Source: the human T2T-CHM13v2.0 reference genome, Homo sapiens
Direction: 5' to 3' (one strand)
Assembly: GCF_009914755.1 (NCBI RefSeq)
Contig: NC_060932.1
DNA: 64,000 nt
How positions within the stretch are numbered: position 1 is the stretch's first letter; every line of letters begins with the position of its first letter. A program made the position numbers and the translations under genes. Under the pieces are notes generated by a model, which was not told the DNA's origin, did no database searches, and worked only from the letters and a program-made list of their open reading frames with translations. Below are positions 13,776 through 27,650 of this stretch, in pieces.

Positions 13776-15659
13776 ATAAAAATAAATTAAATATATAGCA
13801 GCGAAAATATAAAATGGTTGTCCATATTTTCATAGTTGTGGTATAAATTATGAAATTAGAATGTAACATTAACTTCCTAAGAGGAATGGCATATTTTGAT
13901 AGGAGTATGAAGTGCGTAAAAATAGATAGATTTCTAGATATAAATATTTGGCCTTCATTTTATTTTTGCATTAGTATTAACACTAAAATATGTCTAGCTA
14001 ATCATGTTTTTATGATATCTCTGATACTAACACAACAGTTACTTCTAGTCATTTTAAAAAATGAAAATAAGTAAATAGTGATCAATCAGGTTAACATTGT
14101 TACACCCTATGACAAAATTTTATAAGTAAATATCAAAAGTGAACTTGTAAATTAAGAGGATCAAGAATAAAACATTATCTTCCAGGTAAAAAGGAGTATA
14201 TAAATACTTTTTTAAGCCCTGTGATCATAAGTAATAAGTGAAGATTTATGTTTTCCATCACACTGGAGATTTTACCACATAAGCTGACACTTTCAGAAGA
14301 GCAGATTCTCAGTATTCTTTCAGATGATTTCTTGAATAAAAGTTACTTAAATCAAGTAGATTAGGAAATTATGTTCACAGTGAGATGTAATTAAACTTTT
14401 AATTCTTTTTTTATTTTACAAATATGTTCCCAAATTTGTTGGAATAATTGATGTTTTGTAAAATAAAATCTAAGAAACAAAATCACATTCTTAGCGCCTA
14501 CTCTTTTCTTCACTTAACATTAATCAATATCAGGCAAATATTTACACATAAATGACTGTAATAAAAATATTCCATTATTTCTACTGAAGGAATCTGTCCT
14601 TCATTGTAAATTTCTGAAAATTAATTAGATTTAATGTTACTCCTCATTTGTATCTTAGTAGTATTTATTTTTAATACAATTTTATTTCTTTGTTTTTATT
14701 TTCGTTATCAGTATTATAATATGTGATGCTGGGTTTTTTTTGTTTTTTTTGTTTTGTTTTGTTTTTTGGTTTGTTTGTTTGTTTGAAGAAAAATTTATTA
14801 TTGGAAGCTGCATTCCCTGTGCAGAATGATTAAACTCTGAGAAATCTAACTCAGAATATTCAGGAGACAAAAGTATTTTAAACACTACTTTTATTTATTA
14901 TTAATACTTTTTTCTTCTGTATATTAAGCCTTTATAACTGACTCTTCTTTTTCAGCTGTTAACTTCAATATCCTCCTAAATTCATATTTCCTTATCATTC
15001 ATAGTGATTTAAGTTAACTGTGAGTTAGGTCTTTTATATTCCTTTTTTTATCTTTAAAGAATTTCAAGATTTTTAATCAAATGACTATCCATGTAAGAGA
15101 GCATTTTAAGCTTCTCAGTTATATTAACAAGCCTTGGGAACATTATTATTGTCACCATATATTCTAGTAAGATTCAAAGCTTGAAAATACCATTGCTCTC
15201 TGCCAAACTAAATGTAAAAAACACATTGATTGCATATTTATGTTCTGCCAGAATGGCTTTGCAAAAGAACAACCTTGTTACAAAAAAATGAACACTTTTA
15301 TAATATGGCTTTTTTATAATTTCAACTTTTATTTTACATTCATGAGGTATATGTGCAGATATGATACATGCATATATTGTATGAGGCTAAGGTTTTGGAT
15401 ATGTATGAACTCATCATCCAGGTAGTGAGCGTGGTATCCAATAGGTAGTTTTTCAGCTTTTTCTTCCCCTCTAACAGTCCCAGTGTCTATTTTTCTGTCT
15501 TCATGTGCATGTTGTTCATGTGTACCCATGTTTAGCTCCCACTTACAAGTGGTAACATACAATATTTGGTTTTCCGTTCTTGTATTAATTTGCTTAGGAT
15601 TGTGGCCTTCAGCTGCATCCATGTTTCTGCAAAGAACATTACTTTGTTCATTTTTTTAT

Positions 15660-15705
15660 GGCTGGCTCAAACTCCTGACCTCAGGTGATCCATCCACCTC
15701 GGCCT
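15660..15705 (-). mobile_element. ~45-bp internal Alu left-arm fragment
   Basis: gctggctcaaactcctgacctcaggtgatccatccacctcggcct; no tail or TSD. Confidence 0.8.
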
Positions 15706-16931
15706 GTTGATAGTTTCTTTGGTTGTACAGAAGCTCTTTAATTATGTCCCACTTGTCAATGTTTTTGTTGTTGTTGCAGTTGCTTTTGAGGACATAGTCA
15801 TATATCCTTTCCTGAGGCCGATGTCCAGAATGGTATTTCCTAGGTTTTATTCTAGAATTTTTACATTTTATATGCTTATGTTTTACATTTAAATCTTTAA
15901 TCCATCTTGAGTTAATTTCTGTGTATGGTGAAACATAAGGGTCCAGTTTTATTTATCCTCATAGGGCTAGCCAGCTATTCCAGTGCCATTTATGAAATAG
16001 GGAGACATTTCCTCATTGCTTATTTTTTTTTTTACTTTGTTTAAAATCAGATGGTTGTTGTGTGGAGCTTAAGTCTGGGGTTCTCTGTTATGCTTCACTG
16101 GTCTATATGTCTGTTTTTGTACCAGTTTCATGCTGTTTTTGTTATTGTAGCCTTACAGAATAGTTTAAAGTCAGGTAATGTAACACCTCTGACTTTATTC
16201 TTTTTGCTTAGAATTGCTTTGGTTATTCAGGCTCTTTTTGACTCTATATGAATTTTGTCATAGTTTTTTCCTAAATCTGTGAAAAATGACATTGGGCTGT
16301 GACAGAAATAGTGTTGAATTTGAAGATTGCTTTGGGCAGCATGGCCATTTTAATGATAGTGATTCTTCCAATCTATGAGCATGGAATATATTTTTATTTA
16401 TTTGTGTGACCTATGATTTCTTTCAGCAGTGTTTTGTAGTTTTCCTTGTGGAGATTGTTTACTTCCTTCGTTACATGTAGTTCTAGATATTTTTGTGGCT
16501 CTTTTAAATAGGATTGGGCTCTTCATTTGGTTCTCAGCTTGATTGTTATTGATGTATAGAAATAATACTAATTTTTTATGCACTTGTTTTGTATCCTGAG
16601 ACTTTACTGCAGTTGTTTATAAGTTTCAGTAGCCTTTTGGTGGAGTCTTCAGGGCTTTCTAGGTATCAAGTCATATCATCACCAAATAGAGCTAGTTTGT
16701 CATTTTTTTCTATTTGGATGCCTTTTATTTCTTTTGCTTACTGGATTAACCTGGCCAGGAATTCCAGTACTATTTTAAATAGTAATGGTGAGAGTAGGTA
16801 ATCAGGTCTTGTTCCAGTTCTCAGGGGAATGTTTCCAGTTTTGCTTGTTCAGTATGATACTGGCTGTGGGTTTGTCATAGATTGCTTTTATTATGTTGAG
16901 GTATGTTCTTTCAATATCTAGTTTTTTATGA

Positions 16932-17121
<190 letters not shown>

Positions 17122-19461
17122 TATTTAGTGCTTTTTCTGAATATATTGAAACCATCATGTGGTTTTTGTTCTTATTCTGCTTATGTGGTGAATCACAATT
17201 ATTGATTTGCATATGTTGAACCACAATTACCTCCCAGGAATAAAGCTAATTGATCATGGTAAATTAACTATTTGATGCGCTACTGGATTGAGTTTGCTAG
17301 TTTTCTGTTGATGATTTTTGCATCTGTATTGATTAGAAATATTGGCCTGAAGATTTTTTGTTGTTATGTTTTTGCAATATTTTGATATCTGCATGATGCT
17401 GGATTCACAGGATAAATTAGGCATGGGTCCATTCTCAATTATTTGGAATAGTTTCAGTAGAATTTGTACCAGTTCTTTGTATAGATGATAGTTTGACTGT
17501 GAATCCATCTGGTCAAGGGCTTTTTTGTTGTTATTGTTGTTTGTTTGTTTTTTTGTTTTTGTTTTCTGTTTCAGTTTCAGAACTTGATATTGCTGTTTAG
17601 GTTTTTAATTTCTTCCTGATTCAATCTTGGGAAGTTGTGTGTTTCCAGGAATTTACCCATTTCCTCCAGATTTTCTAGTTTGTGTGCATAGGGGTCTTCA
17701 TAATGATCCCTGAGGATCTTTTGATTTCCATCTCCTGTGTTGTTATTGATTTTTGTTTACATGGAACTTCTCTTTTTTTCCTTGCTAATCTAGCTAGAAG
17801 TCTATTGACCTTGTTTATCTTTTCAAAGAACTAAATTTTGGTTTTGTCAATCCTTAGTAGAGATTTTTGTGTCTCAATTTCATTCAATTCCGTTCTGATT
17901 TTAGTTATTTCTTTTCTTCTACTATTTTTGGGGTTAGTTATTTCTTGTTTTTTCTTGTTTTTCTAGTTTCTCTAGGAGTGATATTAAATTGTTAATTTGA
18001 GATCTTTATAACTTCTTGATGAAGGTGTTTCACAGCATAACTTTTGTTGCATTCCAGAGATTTTGTAATATTCTACCCATACAAAACTAAAATTACAACA
18101 ACGATAAGTCCCAGCTTCTCTAAATGAGAAGGAACCCGTGCAAGAATTCTGGCACCATAAAAAATGTGAGTGTTGTGACATTACCAAAGTATCATAAAAC
18201 TCTCCAGCAATGGACCCTAATCAAAATGGAAACTCAGAAATAATGGATACAGAACTCAAACTATGGGTTACAAGTTAGCTCAATGAGATCTAAGACAAGG
18301 TTGAAAATGAACACAAAGAAATTTCTAAAGGAATCCAGGGAATTAAGAAAGAGATAAACATCGTAAAAAGAAATCAATCAGAGATTTTGGAATTGGTAAA
18401 CTCACTGAAGAAATTTTAAAATACAGTTTGCAGTTTTGTCAATAAAGCAGACAATGCAGAAAGTATTTCAAAGCCTGAATAACAGTTTCAAAGCTTGAAA
18501 TCCAGTCAGATAAATTTAAAGAAAAAGAAATTTAAAAGTAAAAACAAAGTCTTTGAGACATAGGGGATTATGTAAAGCAAACAAACCTACACATTTGTGG
18601 CACATCGGAGAGAGAAGCAGAAAAAGTAAACAGCTTAGGAAATGTATTTGAGGAAATAATTTTTTAAAAATCCTAATCTTGCTAGAGATGTAGACATTTA
18701 GATACAAGAAATCCAGATGCAAGATGCTGTGCACATTCAAGATACTGTACAAAATGAGCATCAGCAAGCCATATAGTAATCAGATTGTCCAAGGTTAATG
18801 CTAAAGAAAATATTTTGAAGGCATCTAGAGAAAAAGATCAGGTCACATACAAAGAAAATCCCACCAGGTTAACAGTAGACTTTCAGCAGAAAGCTTACAA
18901 GGCAGAAGAGATTGGAGGCCTATTTTCATCATTTTTAAATAAAAGAAATTCCAGCTAAGAATTTTATATCCCACCAAACTAAGATTCATAAGTGGAGGAG
19001 AAATAAAATTTTGCAAATAAGAAATTGCTAAGACAATTCATTACCACTAGACCAGCCTTACAAGAGATCCTTAAGGGAGCTCTAATCATGGAAACAAAAG
19101 ACTGATACATGCCAGAACAAAACCCACTTGAGTATACAGCCCACAGACTCTATAAAACAGCTACATGATAAAAACTACAGGCCAACCAACTAACAATTTA
19201 ATGATACAATCAAAGCCTCATATAATAAATATTAAAACTGAATCTGAACAGTCTAAATTTTCTAGTTAAAAGGCACAGAATGGTGAGTTGGATAAAAATA
19301 AATAAATAAATAAACAAGACCCACCTATCCGCTATCTTCAAGTGATTTATCTCATGTGTATTGCTACCAGTAGGCTCAAAATAAAGTGTTGGAGAAATGC
19401 AAATGAAAAACATAAAAAGAGCAAGGGTCACTGTTCTCAAATTAGACAAACCAGACTTTAA

Positions 19462-19971
19462 CTCTTTCCCACTTTCCCTGAGAATACTTGCTGGTGGCAC
19501 TTGCTGCTGCAATGTTTACCCCAAGATAACTTTGCCACGAAATACCTCACTTTTATTATTATTTTTGCGTTGCTATAGTATATTGACTTTGGAAACAAAA
19601 GATATCATTCTATTTACAACATTCTGTTTCTAGTGGTGGTATTTGCATTTACAAAATATAGTAATTCTTGATGGCTGTAAATGTCAAACCCTAGAAAAGG
19701 TAGCATTCTTACATGTGATGTTAAAGTCATTTCTGAACAGTTGTTGACTGAAGGTTCATTTGAGAAATCTGATTTTTTGAAACAGACAATTCTGATGATT
19801 CACATGATTCTGATATTAGTTCTGTTTAGAAATAACTTCAATAACAGTTTTATATTTTATTTTCACATAGAAAATCATTTAGATTTGCCTCAGCCTCAAA
19901 GAGTAGGTTTATATAAAATTAAATGAGCTCTGGCAGTGAGTTACACTTATTTTTTCTAAACAGGAAAACGG
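19462..19971 (+). mobile_element. MER75 piggyBac-derived MITE
   Basis: 510 bp between TTAA TSDs (19458-19461, 19972-19975); degenerate terminal repeats ctctttccc / caggaaaacgg; interior matches recalled MER75 consensus; host L1 sequence resumes on both sides. Confidence 0.9.
19681..19790 (+). pseudogene. Remnant N-terminus of PGBD4-type piggyBac transposase inside MER75
   Basis: MSNPRKGSILTCDVKVISEQLLTEGSFEKSDF resembles the recalled PGBD4 start MSNPRKRSI...EQLLAEDSFDESDF; no catalytic domain. Confidence 0.7.
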
Positions 19972-21476
19972 TTAAACAAACCACAGTAAAAAAGGACAAA
20001 GCCATTATAAAGTGATAAAGGAATCAATTAAGCCAGAAGACTTAACTCTTCTAAACATATATGTGCCCAATATTGGAGCATCCAGATTCATAATACAAGT
20101 TATTCTAGACCTGTGAAAAGACTAAGACAATTACACAATTAATAGTGGGGACTTCAACACTCCACTAACAGCATTAGACAGATTATTGAGGCAGAAAACT
20201 AACCCCCCAAAAATTCTGGGCTTAAATTTGACAATTGACCGATTGGACCTAAAAGATATCTACAGAACTACCCACCCACCAACCACAGAACATACATTTG
20301 TCTCATCAGCATGCAGAACATAGTCTAATATTGATCACATGCTCAGCCATAAATCGAGATTCAATAAATTTAAAAAAATCAAAATCAGACCAGCCATAAT
20401 CCTGGACCACAATGGAATACAAAATAGAAATCAACACCAAAAAGATCTCTCAAAACCACACAATTATATAGAAATTCACCTCCTTGTCTCTGATTGACTT
20501 TTGGGTAAACAACAAAATTAAGCAGGAACCAAAAAAATTTGAAATTAATATGGCTTTTTTGAATTTCTGCCTATGACCCACAATTGAAAGGTTCTCTTTC
20601 AGAATGAAAACTGTTGTTAAAATGAAGGAGAGATGGTAACTCGATATATTGTTTAATTAGAAATGAATATTCTGATTAACTAATATCTAAGAATTCTAGA
20701 ATAATCATTTTATTTAATAGTTCTTTCTCTATAAACTTAAGAAAATATTCACAGATAATGACAGGTGATCAGATTTCAGTGCATATTGGCACAATCAAGA
20801 AATTGTTTCTAAAACAAATTAAGCTGCCTTGGCCAACAACACATAAAATACATCCTTAGTAGTGATGTGGACTCTGGTGCCTTAATAAATTCACAAATTT
20901 ATACTGATATCTGCTGACAGATATATCTAGGCTTTCACCTAGAAATGTCTACCTACAAATAGTAGAAAAGCACTCATAATACTGAACACTAATGGATTTT
21001 CTTTTATGATATAATAAAAAAATTTTAAGTGACATTGTCCTCTGAATCTTTATTGTACACTTCATATTTTCCAATCACTTCTTGTCAAGTAAAGAAAGCA
21101 AAATATAGAAATCAGATACAGATATTTACTTAAGAAATATAATATGGCAATTGGAACAGAGCTTGAGTGCATGAAACTCCTCCAAATAATAGCATATCAA
21201 TCATGAGGTAGAAATGTGAGGATCAAAATTCAGAAATGCATGTGGAGGTTGAACAACCTAAAATCTTAATTTTAAGAAGAATTTTTGCCTTTACATATCA
21301 GCAGAGGTAATGGAGGTTGATTAACAGATAATCAATTTGGTAAAGTAAAGCCTACAGAGTGGGAGCTGAGGACCACAGAACGAACAAGGAGGAAAAAAAA
21401 ATCAGTCATGGAGTCGTTGCCGTTCTCCCAGACAATACCCAGTGGCTGAAGGATTAAATCAATAGATCGTTTCCAC

Positions 21477-21926
21477 TGATATAGCATGAATATTTATCCC
21501 TGCCCAAATCTCATGTTGAATTGTAATCCTCAAAGCTGGTGTTGTGGTCTTGTAGTAGGTGTTTGGATCATGAGGGTAGATCCTTCGTGGCTTGGTGCTG
21601 TCTTCCTGACACTGAGTGAGTACTTGCAAGATTCAGTCATTTAAAAGTGGATGGCACCTCCCTCCTCCTCCTCCTCTTCCCCCTCCTCCTCCTCTTCCTC
21701 TCTCTCTCTCTTTCTCTCTCTTTCTGCTGCTCTTGCCATGTAAAGTGCCTGCTACTGCTTTGCTTTTCACCATGGGCAAAAGCTCCCTGAAGCCTCCCCC
21801 AAAGCCAAGCAATGTCTATGCCATGCTTGTTCAGCCTGCAGAACCGGGAGCTAGTTAAACCTTTTTTGTTTATAAATTACCCAGTCTCAGGTATTTCTTT
21901 ATAGCAATGCAAGATGGCCTAATACA
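21477..21926 (+). mobile_element. MST-family (MSTB-like) solo LTR with internal (CCT)n/(CT)n tract
   Basis: cccaaatctcatgttgaattgtaatcc ... aattacccagtctcaggtatttctttatagcaatgcaagatggcctaataca. Confidence 0.85.
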
Positions 21927-21929
21927 CTA

Positions 21930-22155
21930 GCATCTGGCAAAATAATGAGACTTCATCTCTACAAAGCAAAAGTGATAATAATTAAATGTTAGCTGAATGT
22001 GATGGCACATGTCTTTAATACTAGCTACTCAGGAGGTTAAGGCGAGAGAATTGCTTGAGCCCAGGAGTTTGAGGTTACAGTGAGCTAGGATCATGCCTCT
22101 CCACTCCAATGTGGGTAAAAGAGTGATACTTTGTCTCAAAAAAAAAAAAAAAAAA
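21930..22155 (+). mobile_element. AluJ-like fragment
   Basis: ttgcttgagcccaggagtttgaggttacagtgagct...ttgtctc followed by polyA. Confidence 0.85.
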
Positions 22156-22335
22156 GAGTTGCTATGTAACAGATATAAAGTTTCAGTTATGCAAGATTAA
22201 TAAATTCTAGATATCTACTCTACACCATCCTGCCTACAGTAAAATAAAAATACTATATTGTACTGCATTGTACTCTTAAAATATTGTTAAAAGAGTGTAT
22301 CTCATGTTACATTTTCTTACTATGCCAAAAACAAA
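22156..22335 (+). mobile_element. Old L1 (L1MA/MB) 3'UTR fragment
   Basis: ataaagtttcagttatgcaagattaataaattctagatatct; gttaaaagagtgtatctcatgtta. Confidence 0.6.
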
Positions 22336-22689
22336 AGTTTAATGAGAGTTAATCTACTGAAAACATTGAATAGCACCCATTGAATGAAAGAAACAAAACC
22401 TCCCATCTTTGCATGCAGTGCAAATAGCAGATGGCTATTCCAATAAAAATGATGCTTATCATAATGATTGTGATGATCATGATGAAGCTAATATTTATTG
22501 AATGCCTGCCACATGAATGGCTTTGAGTAATAGAAATAAATTATATATTTATGTATATATATTTAATTAATTTTATATGCTTATGTTTATATTCATTTAT
22601 ATGAATTTAATCTTTGCAAAAAGCTAATGGAATATGCCATTTACTCATTTTATAAATCAGCAGTTACAGAAATGTAAGTTTAATAGCTA

Positions 22690-25600
22690 CAGATTACATG
22701 ATGTCATGTATAGAAAAACGTAATACTACACTGAAAAACCCCACTTAGAACTGGTAAAAAAAGAAATTCAATAATGTTGCAGAATAGAAAATCAACATAC
22801 AAAAACAAGTAGTATCTGTATACACCAATAACAAACTAGCTGAAAAGAAGTTAAGATTGAAATTTAATTTATAATAGCTACAAAAATAAAATACCTAGAA
22901 ATCAATTTAACCAACAAGGTGAAAGATCTCTACAAGGGAAAATGGAAAAACACTGATGAAAGAAACTGAAAACGACACACAGAAACAAATAGACATTCCA
23001 TGTTGATGAATTAGAAGAATTAACCTTATTTAAATGACCACACTACCCAAAACAACTGCCAGATTTGATGCACTCTCAATCAAAATGCCAATGGAATTCT
23101 TATCAAAAATTTAAAAAGCTAAAATTTGTATAGAACCGCAAAACATCCCAAATATCCAAAAGAACAAAGCTGAGCAAAAAGAACAGAGTTGCAGGCATAA
23201 TATACATTATATTCAAAATACTTCAAAATACATTATACATTAAAATACATTATATTTCAAAATACATTATAAAGCAATAGTAAACCAAACAGCATAGTAC
23301 TGTTATAAAAACAGACATGGAGACTAATAGAATGGAGTAGAGAACTGTGAAGAAAGAAGGTCACATATTTACAGTTAATTGATTTTCAATCAAGGCACCA
23401 AGAACATATACTGAGGAAAGGACAGTTTCTTCAACAAATGGTGCTGGAAAAACTGAATATCCATATTCAGAAGACTGAAACTAGAACTCTGTCTTTCACC
23501 ACATACAAAAATCAACTCTAAATGGAGTAAAAACTTAAATGCAAGACAAAAAAATGTAAGACAAAAAAATGTAAAACTAAACAACTGAAAGAAAACATAT
23601 AGGACATTGGTTTGGGAAAATATTTTATGAGTAAGACTTCAAAACTACAGGTAACAAAGGCAAAAATAGACAATATATTAAACTAAAAAGCTTCTGCAAA
23701 GCTAAGGTGACAATCAAGAGAATGAAGAGAGGTAGCCTATAGAATAGGAGAAAATATCTGAAACTATTCATCCAACAAGGGATTAATATCTAGAATACAC
23801 AATAATCTCAAATAATTCAACAACAAAAAACAAATATTCCAATTTAAAAATGGGCAAGAAATACAGATAGATATTTTTCAAAAGGAGACATGCAAATGGC
23901 CAAGCAGCATATTTGGCAATGCTCAACATCACTAATCATCAGAGAAATGCAAATAAAACCAACATTGCAGTATCTTCTCATTCCAGTCAGAATGGCTATT
24001 CTCAAAAAGACAAAAAATAACAAATTTTGGTGAGGATACAGAGAAAAGAAAACTCTTTTACATAGTGAAAATGCAAATTGGCAGAGCAATTATAAAAATA
24101 GTATGGAGGTTTCTCAAAAAACTAAAAATAGAAGTGTTATATGATCCAGCAAGTTCTCTAGTGGGTATTTATTAAAAGAAAGCAAGCAGGGAAGGAAGGA
24201 AAAGGAAGGAAGGAAATCAGTATGTCAAAGAGATATCTTTACCTCCATGTTTATTGCGGGACTATATACAATAACCAAGATATTGAATCAACTTAATTGT
24301 CCAGCAACAGATGAATGGATAAAGAAAATATGGCACATATACACACTAGAATATGATTGAGCCATTAAAAAAATCCTGTAACTCATGACAACTTGGATGA
24401 GCTTGGAGGACATTGTTAAGTGAAATAAGTCAGGCACAGAAGGATAACTATGGCATGTTCTCATTATATGTGGAAGCTAAAAAATATTGAATTTACAGAA
24501 ATAAATAGTAAAATTGTAGTTATTAGAGGCTGGGAAGGGTAGGGGGCAGGCGGAGATAGGGAGAAGTTGGTTAACATAAAATTACATCTATACAGAAAGA
24601 ATAAGTTCTAGTGTTCTACAGCATTATAGGATGACTATATGCATTTGTCTGTTCTCACGCTACCCAGGAAACCATTTTTTCCTTCCAGGCCTCTGGGCCT
24701 GTGATAGGAGGGGCTTCCCTGTAGGTCTCTGACATGCCCTGGAAACATTATCTCCATTGCCTTGGTGATTAACATTTGGCTCCTCGTTACTTATGCAAAT
24801 TTCTGCAGCTGGCTTAAATTTCTCCCCAGAAAATGGGGTAGAATTTCTTTTCTATGGCATCAACAGGCTGCAAATTTTCCAAACTTTTATGCTCTCTGAT
24901 CTCTTAAATGCTTTGCTGCTTAGAAATTTCTTCTGCCAGATACCCTAAATCACCTCTCCCCAGTTCAAAGTTCAACAGGGCAGGGGCAAAATGCTACCAG
25001 CCTCTTTGCTAAAACATAGCAAGAGTCACATTTATTCCAGTTCCCACCAAGTTCCTCATCTTGATCTGAGGCCACCTCAGCCTGAACTTCATTATTTATA
25101 GCAACATCACCCTTTGGTCCAAACCATTCAAGTTTCGAGGAAGTTCCAAATTTTCCCACATCTTCCTGTCTTCTGAGCCCTCTAAGTCTCTAGGAAGTTC
25201 TAAACTTTCCCACATTTTTCTATCTTTTTCTGAACCCTCCAAACTGTTTCAACCTCTGCCTGTTACCCAGTTCCAAGTTGCTGCCACATTTTCTGGTATC
25301 TTTGCAGCAGCACCCTGCTCTACTGGCACCAATTTACTGTATTAGTCCATTCTCATGCTGCTAATAAAGACATACCCAAGAATGGGTAATTTATAAAGGA
25401 AAAAGGCTTAATGGACTCACAGTTCAGCATGGCTGGGGAGGCCTCAGGAAACTAACAATCATGGTGGACAGGGAAGCAAACACGTGCTTCTTCATGTAGT
25501 GGCAGCAAGGAGAAGTGCCAAGCAAAAGGAAGAAAAACCCCTTATAAAACCATCAGATCTAATGTGAACTCACTATCATGAGAACAGCATGAGGGTAACC

Positions 25601-25922
25601 ACTCCCATTATTCAACTATCTCCCACTTGGTCCTTCCCTTGACATGTGGAGTTTATGGGAACTACAATTCAAGATGAGATTTGGGTGGGGACACAGCCAA
25701 ACCATGTCACTATAGTTAAGAATAATTTATTGTATTTTTTCTAATAGCTAGAAAAGATGATTTGGAATGTTTCCAACACAAAGGAATGATAAATATTTCA
25801 AGCGATGGATATACTAATTACCCTTAGTTGATCATTATATATTTTACAATGTGTTGACATATTACTCTCTACCCTATAAATACATAAAATTACAGATAAA
25901 ATTTATAAAAATAAACAAACAA
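22690..25922 (+). mobile_element. L1MA-type 3' half (ORF2 end plus 3'UTR), interrupted by THE1D
   Basis: aaaatcaacatacaaaa, tcaacaaatggtgctggaaaaactg; 3'UTR ...gactata|gttaagaataatttattgta resumes after the insertion. Confidence 0.85.
24640..25709 (-). mobile_element. THE1D-like MaLR element with internal deletion (24-bp LTR stub, partial internal region, complete LTR at 25338-25709)
   Basis: 5-bp TSD CTATA at 24635-24639 and 25710-25714; tgtattagtccattctcatgctgct...acacagccaaaccatgtca. Confidence 0.9.
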
Positions 25923-26899
25923 GAAACAGTTACACACTTTTGAGCCCATATTTGAACTCAGTCTGAACTAGAATTTTTAGTCGTAACAACTAGGCTGTAA
26001 GTAAGTAAACCAATGATATTGGTGTGCTAGTTTGGGTGTGGAAAAGAAGTACAACTCTATCCATTATTCTGTCTCCACCAATCTAATTTGCTGAATTACC
26101 AACCTTTTCCAAAAGTAAAATAAACAAACAAAAATACTAAAATAAACTCCAGTAAATGATAAAACCTTGCAAAATAAAAAAAAAATCAAAATGTCAAATC
26201 AGCCCCAATAGAAAGATGAAAATATGTAACAAAAATATTTTTAGCTCTAGTAGATAATTTAAATCAGATTAGACTTAAGACTTGTACTCTTCTTCTACAG
26301 TTGCAATAACCTTAATTTCTGAGTTGAATTTCTGAAATAATGTATTAGAAAAATAATCTTTATGTAGTCAAGATCTTAATTGTCCATATTTGGGATACAT
26401 CAAACCCCAAGGTTTAATATGGAACACAAATAAGTAGATTTCATTTTTGAGAAGTTATTCTAATCAAATATATCAATTAGAAAGTTAACATGAAAGCCTG
26501 AAATGCAGAGGAAATGTCTTGGATTTGGGGATTTTCTGAATGTATATGTATTTAAGCCATGTAAATGGGAAGGATCACTTGGGGAGGGAAGATATACAAA
26601 GAGTGAAGATGGTTAGGAGGCCAGGTAGAGCATATGCTAGTAGCACAATAGAGAAAGGGCCTGAGAAGTCATCAGAACACAGGAATACACAGTGCACCAG
26701 AAGAAAGACAGGTACGATGTCTTTAAAAGGAAGAAGAGGACAACCATGCCAATTGAGGCTGAAAGGTTGAAGAAGAAAATAAATAGAAGTTTTCATTGCA
26801 TGTGATGAAATAAAAATCATTTGTACATGGGTAAGTGTAGTTTCTGTTATATGTTAGAAGTGGAAGCAACCATCCAGTGGTAATTATTCTGACTTTTAA

Positions 26900-27650
26900 C
26901 ATGATGTATACATTTATATCTAAGCACTCATCAATTCCTACTGTATGCATCTCTTAAATATTTAATAAGTCAATAATTTCCATCTCTGCTACCAGTGCCT
27001 TCATTCAGATCCACATCCAACAACATGAAGATACTCTGGCACTTTCTTAATTTTTAAACCATGTTCCAGTCTTGCCTTCCTTTAACATAATCTCTGGATA
27101 ATTATCAGTGATCTTTCTTACACTAATACACTGATATAATCTATTATGCAAGCATAATCAATGCCTGTAGAACAAAAGTCATGCTCCCTAATGGCACATT
27201 ATTGCTGCTATCTTCTGGCCTCTCAACCTCTCTATCATCATAACTGTGCATGTTTGTTCTGCCTTACAATTTTCAGGTCAAACAACCATTGTATTTTTTT
27301 GCACACCAGGCTGTTTCTCCCTGATATGTCTTTGCTCATGGGGGCCATTTACATAGACTATCTTCACCCCTTTCTTTACTCACTACTTACCTTTTACACT
27401 TGAACTGATACTTAAAGAATTAGTTGTGTTCCTTATAAAAGCCAATCTTTCCTCAAATCTTCGTCTACAAAACTGTTCTTTAATGGTATTTTCTGTAAAT
27501 CTCTGTCATTGAAAATAAGCGAGAGAATTTGATTGCTTTTAGTTCCTTTATCTCATTCCTTGAGCGCATAGCTATTGATTTGTTTGTCTTCCATCACTAG
27601 TATAGTGCCAAAACGTATCAGGAGCTCAACAAATATTGAGTGATAAATGA
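26900..27650 (+). mobile_element. Degenerate L2 including 3' end
   Basis: Pyrimidine-rich L2-like body ending caggagctcaacaaatattgagtgataaatga. Confidence 0.55.

Larger units (their letters stand above)
18070..20549 (+). mobile_element. L1 ORF1 plus ORF2 endonuclease region, the inverted 5' segment of the same insertion
   Basis: Sense ORF1 motifs (gaaggcatctagagaaaaag, gaagagattggaggcctattttc) and EN motifs (gtggggacttcaacactccact, attgatcacatgctcagccataaa). Confidence 0.9.
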
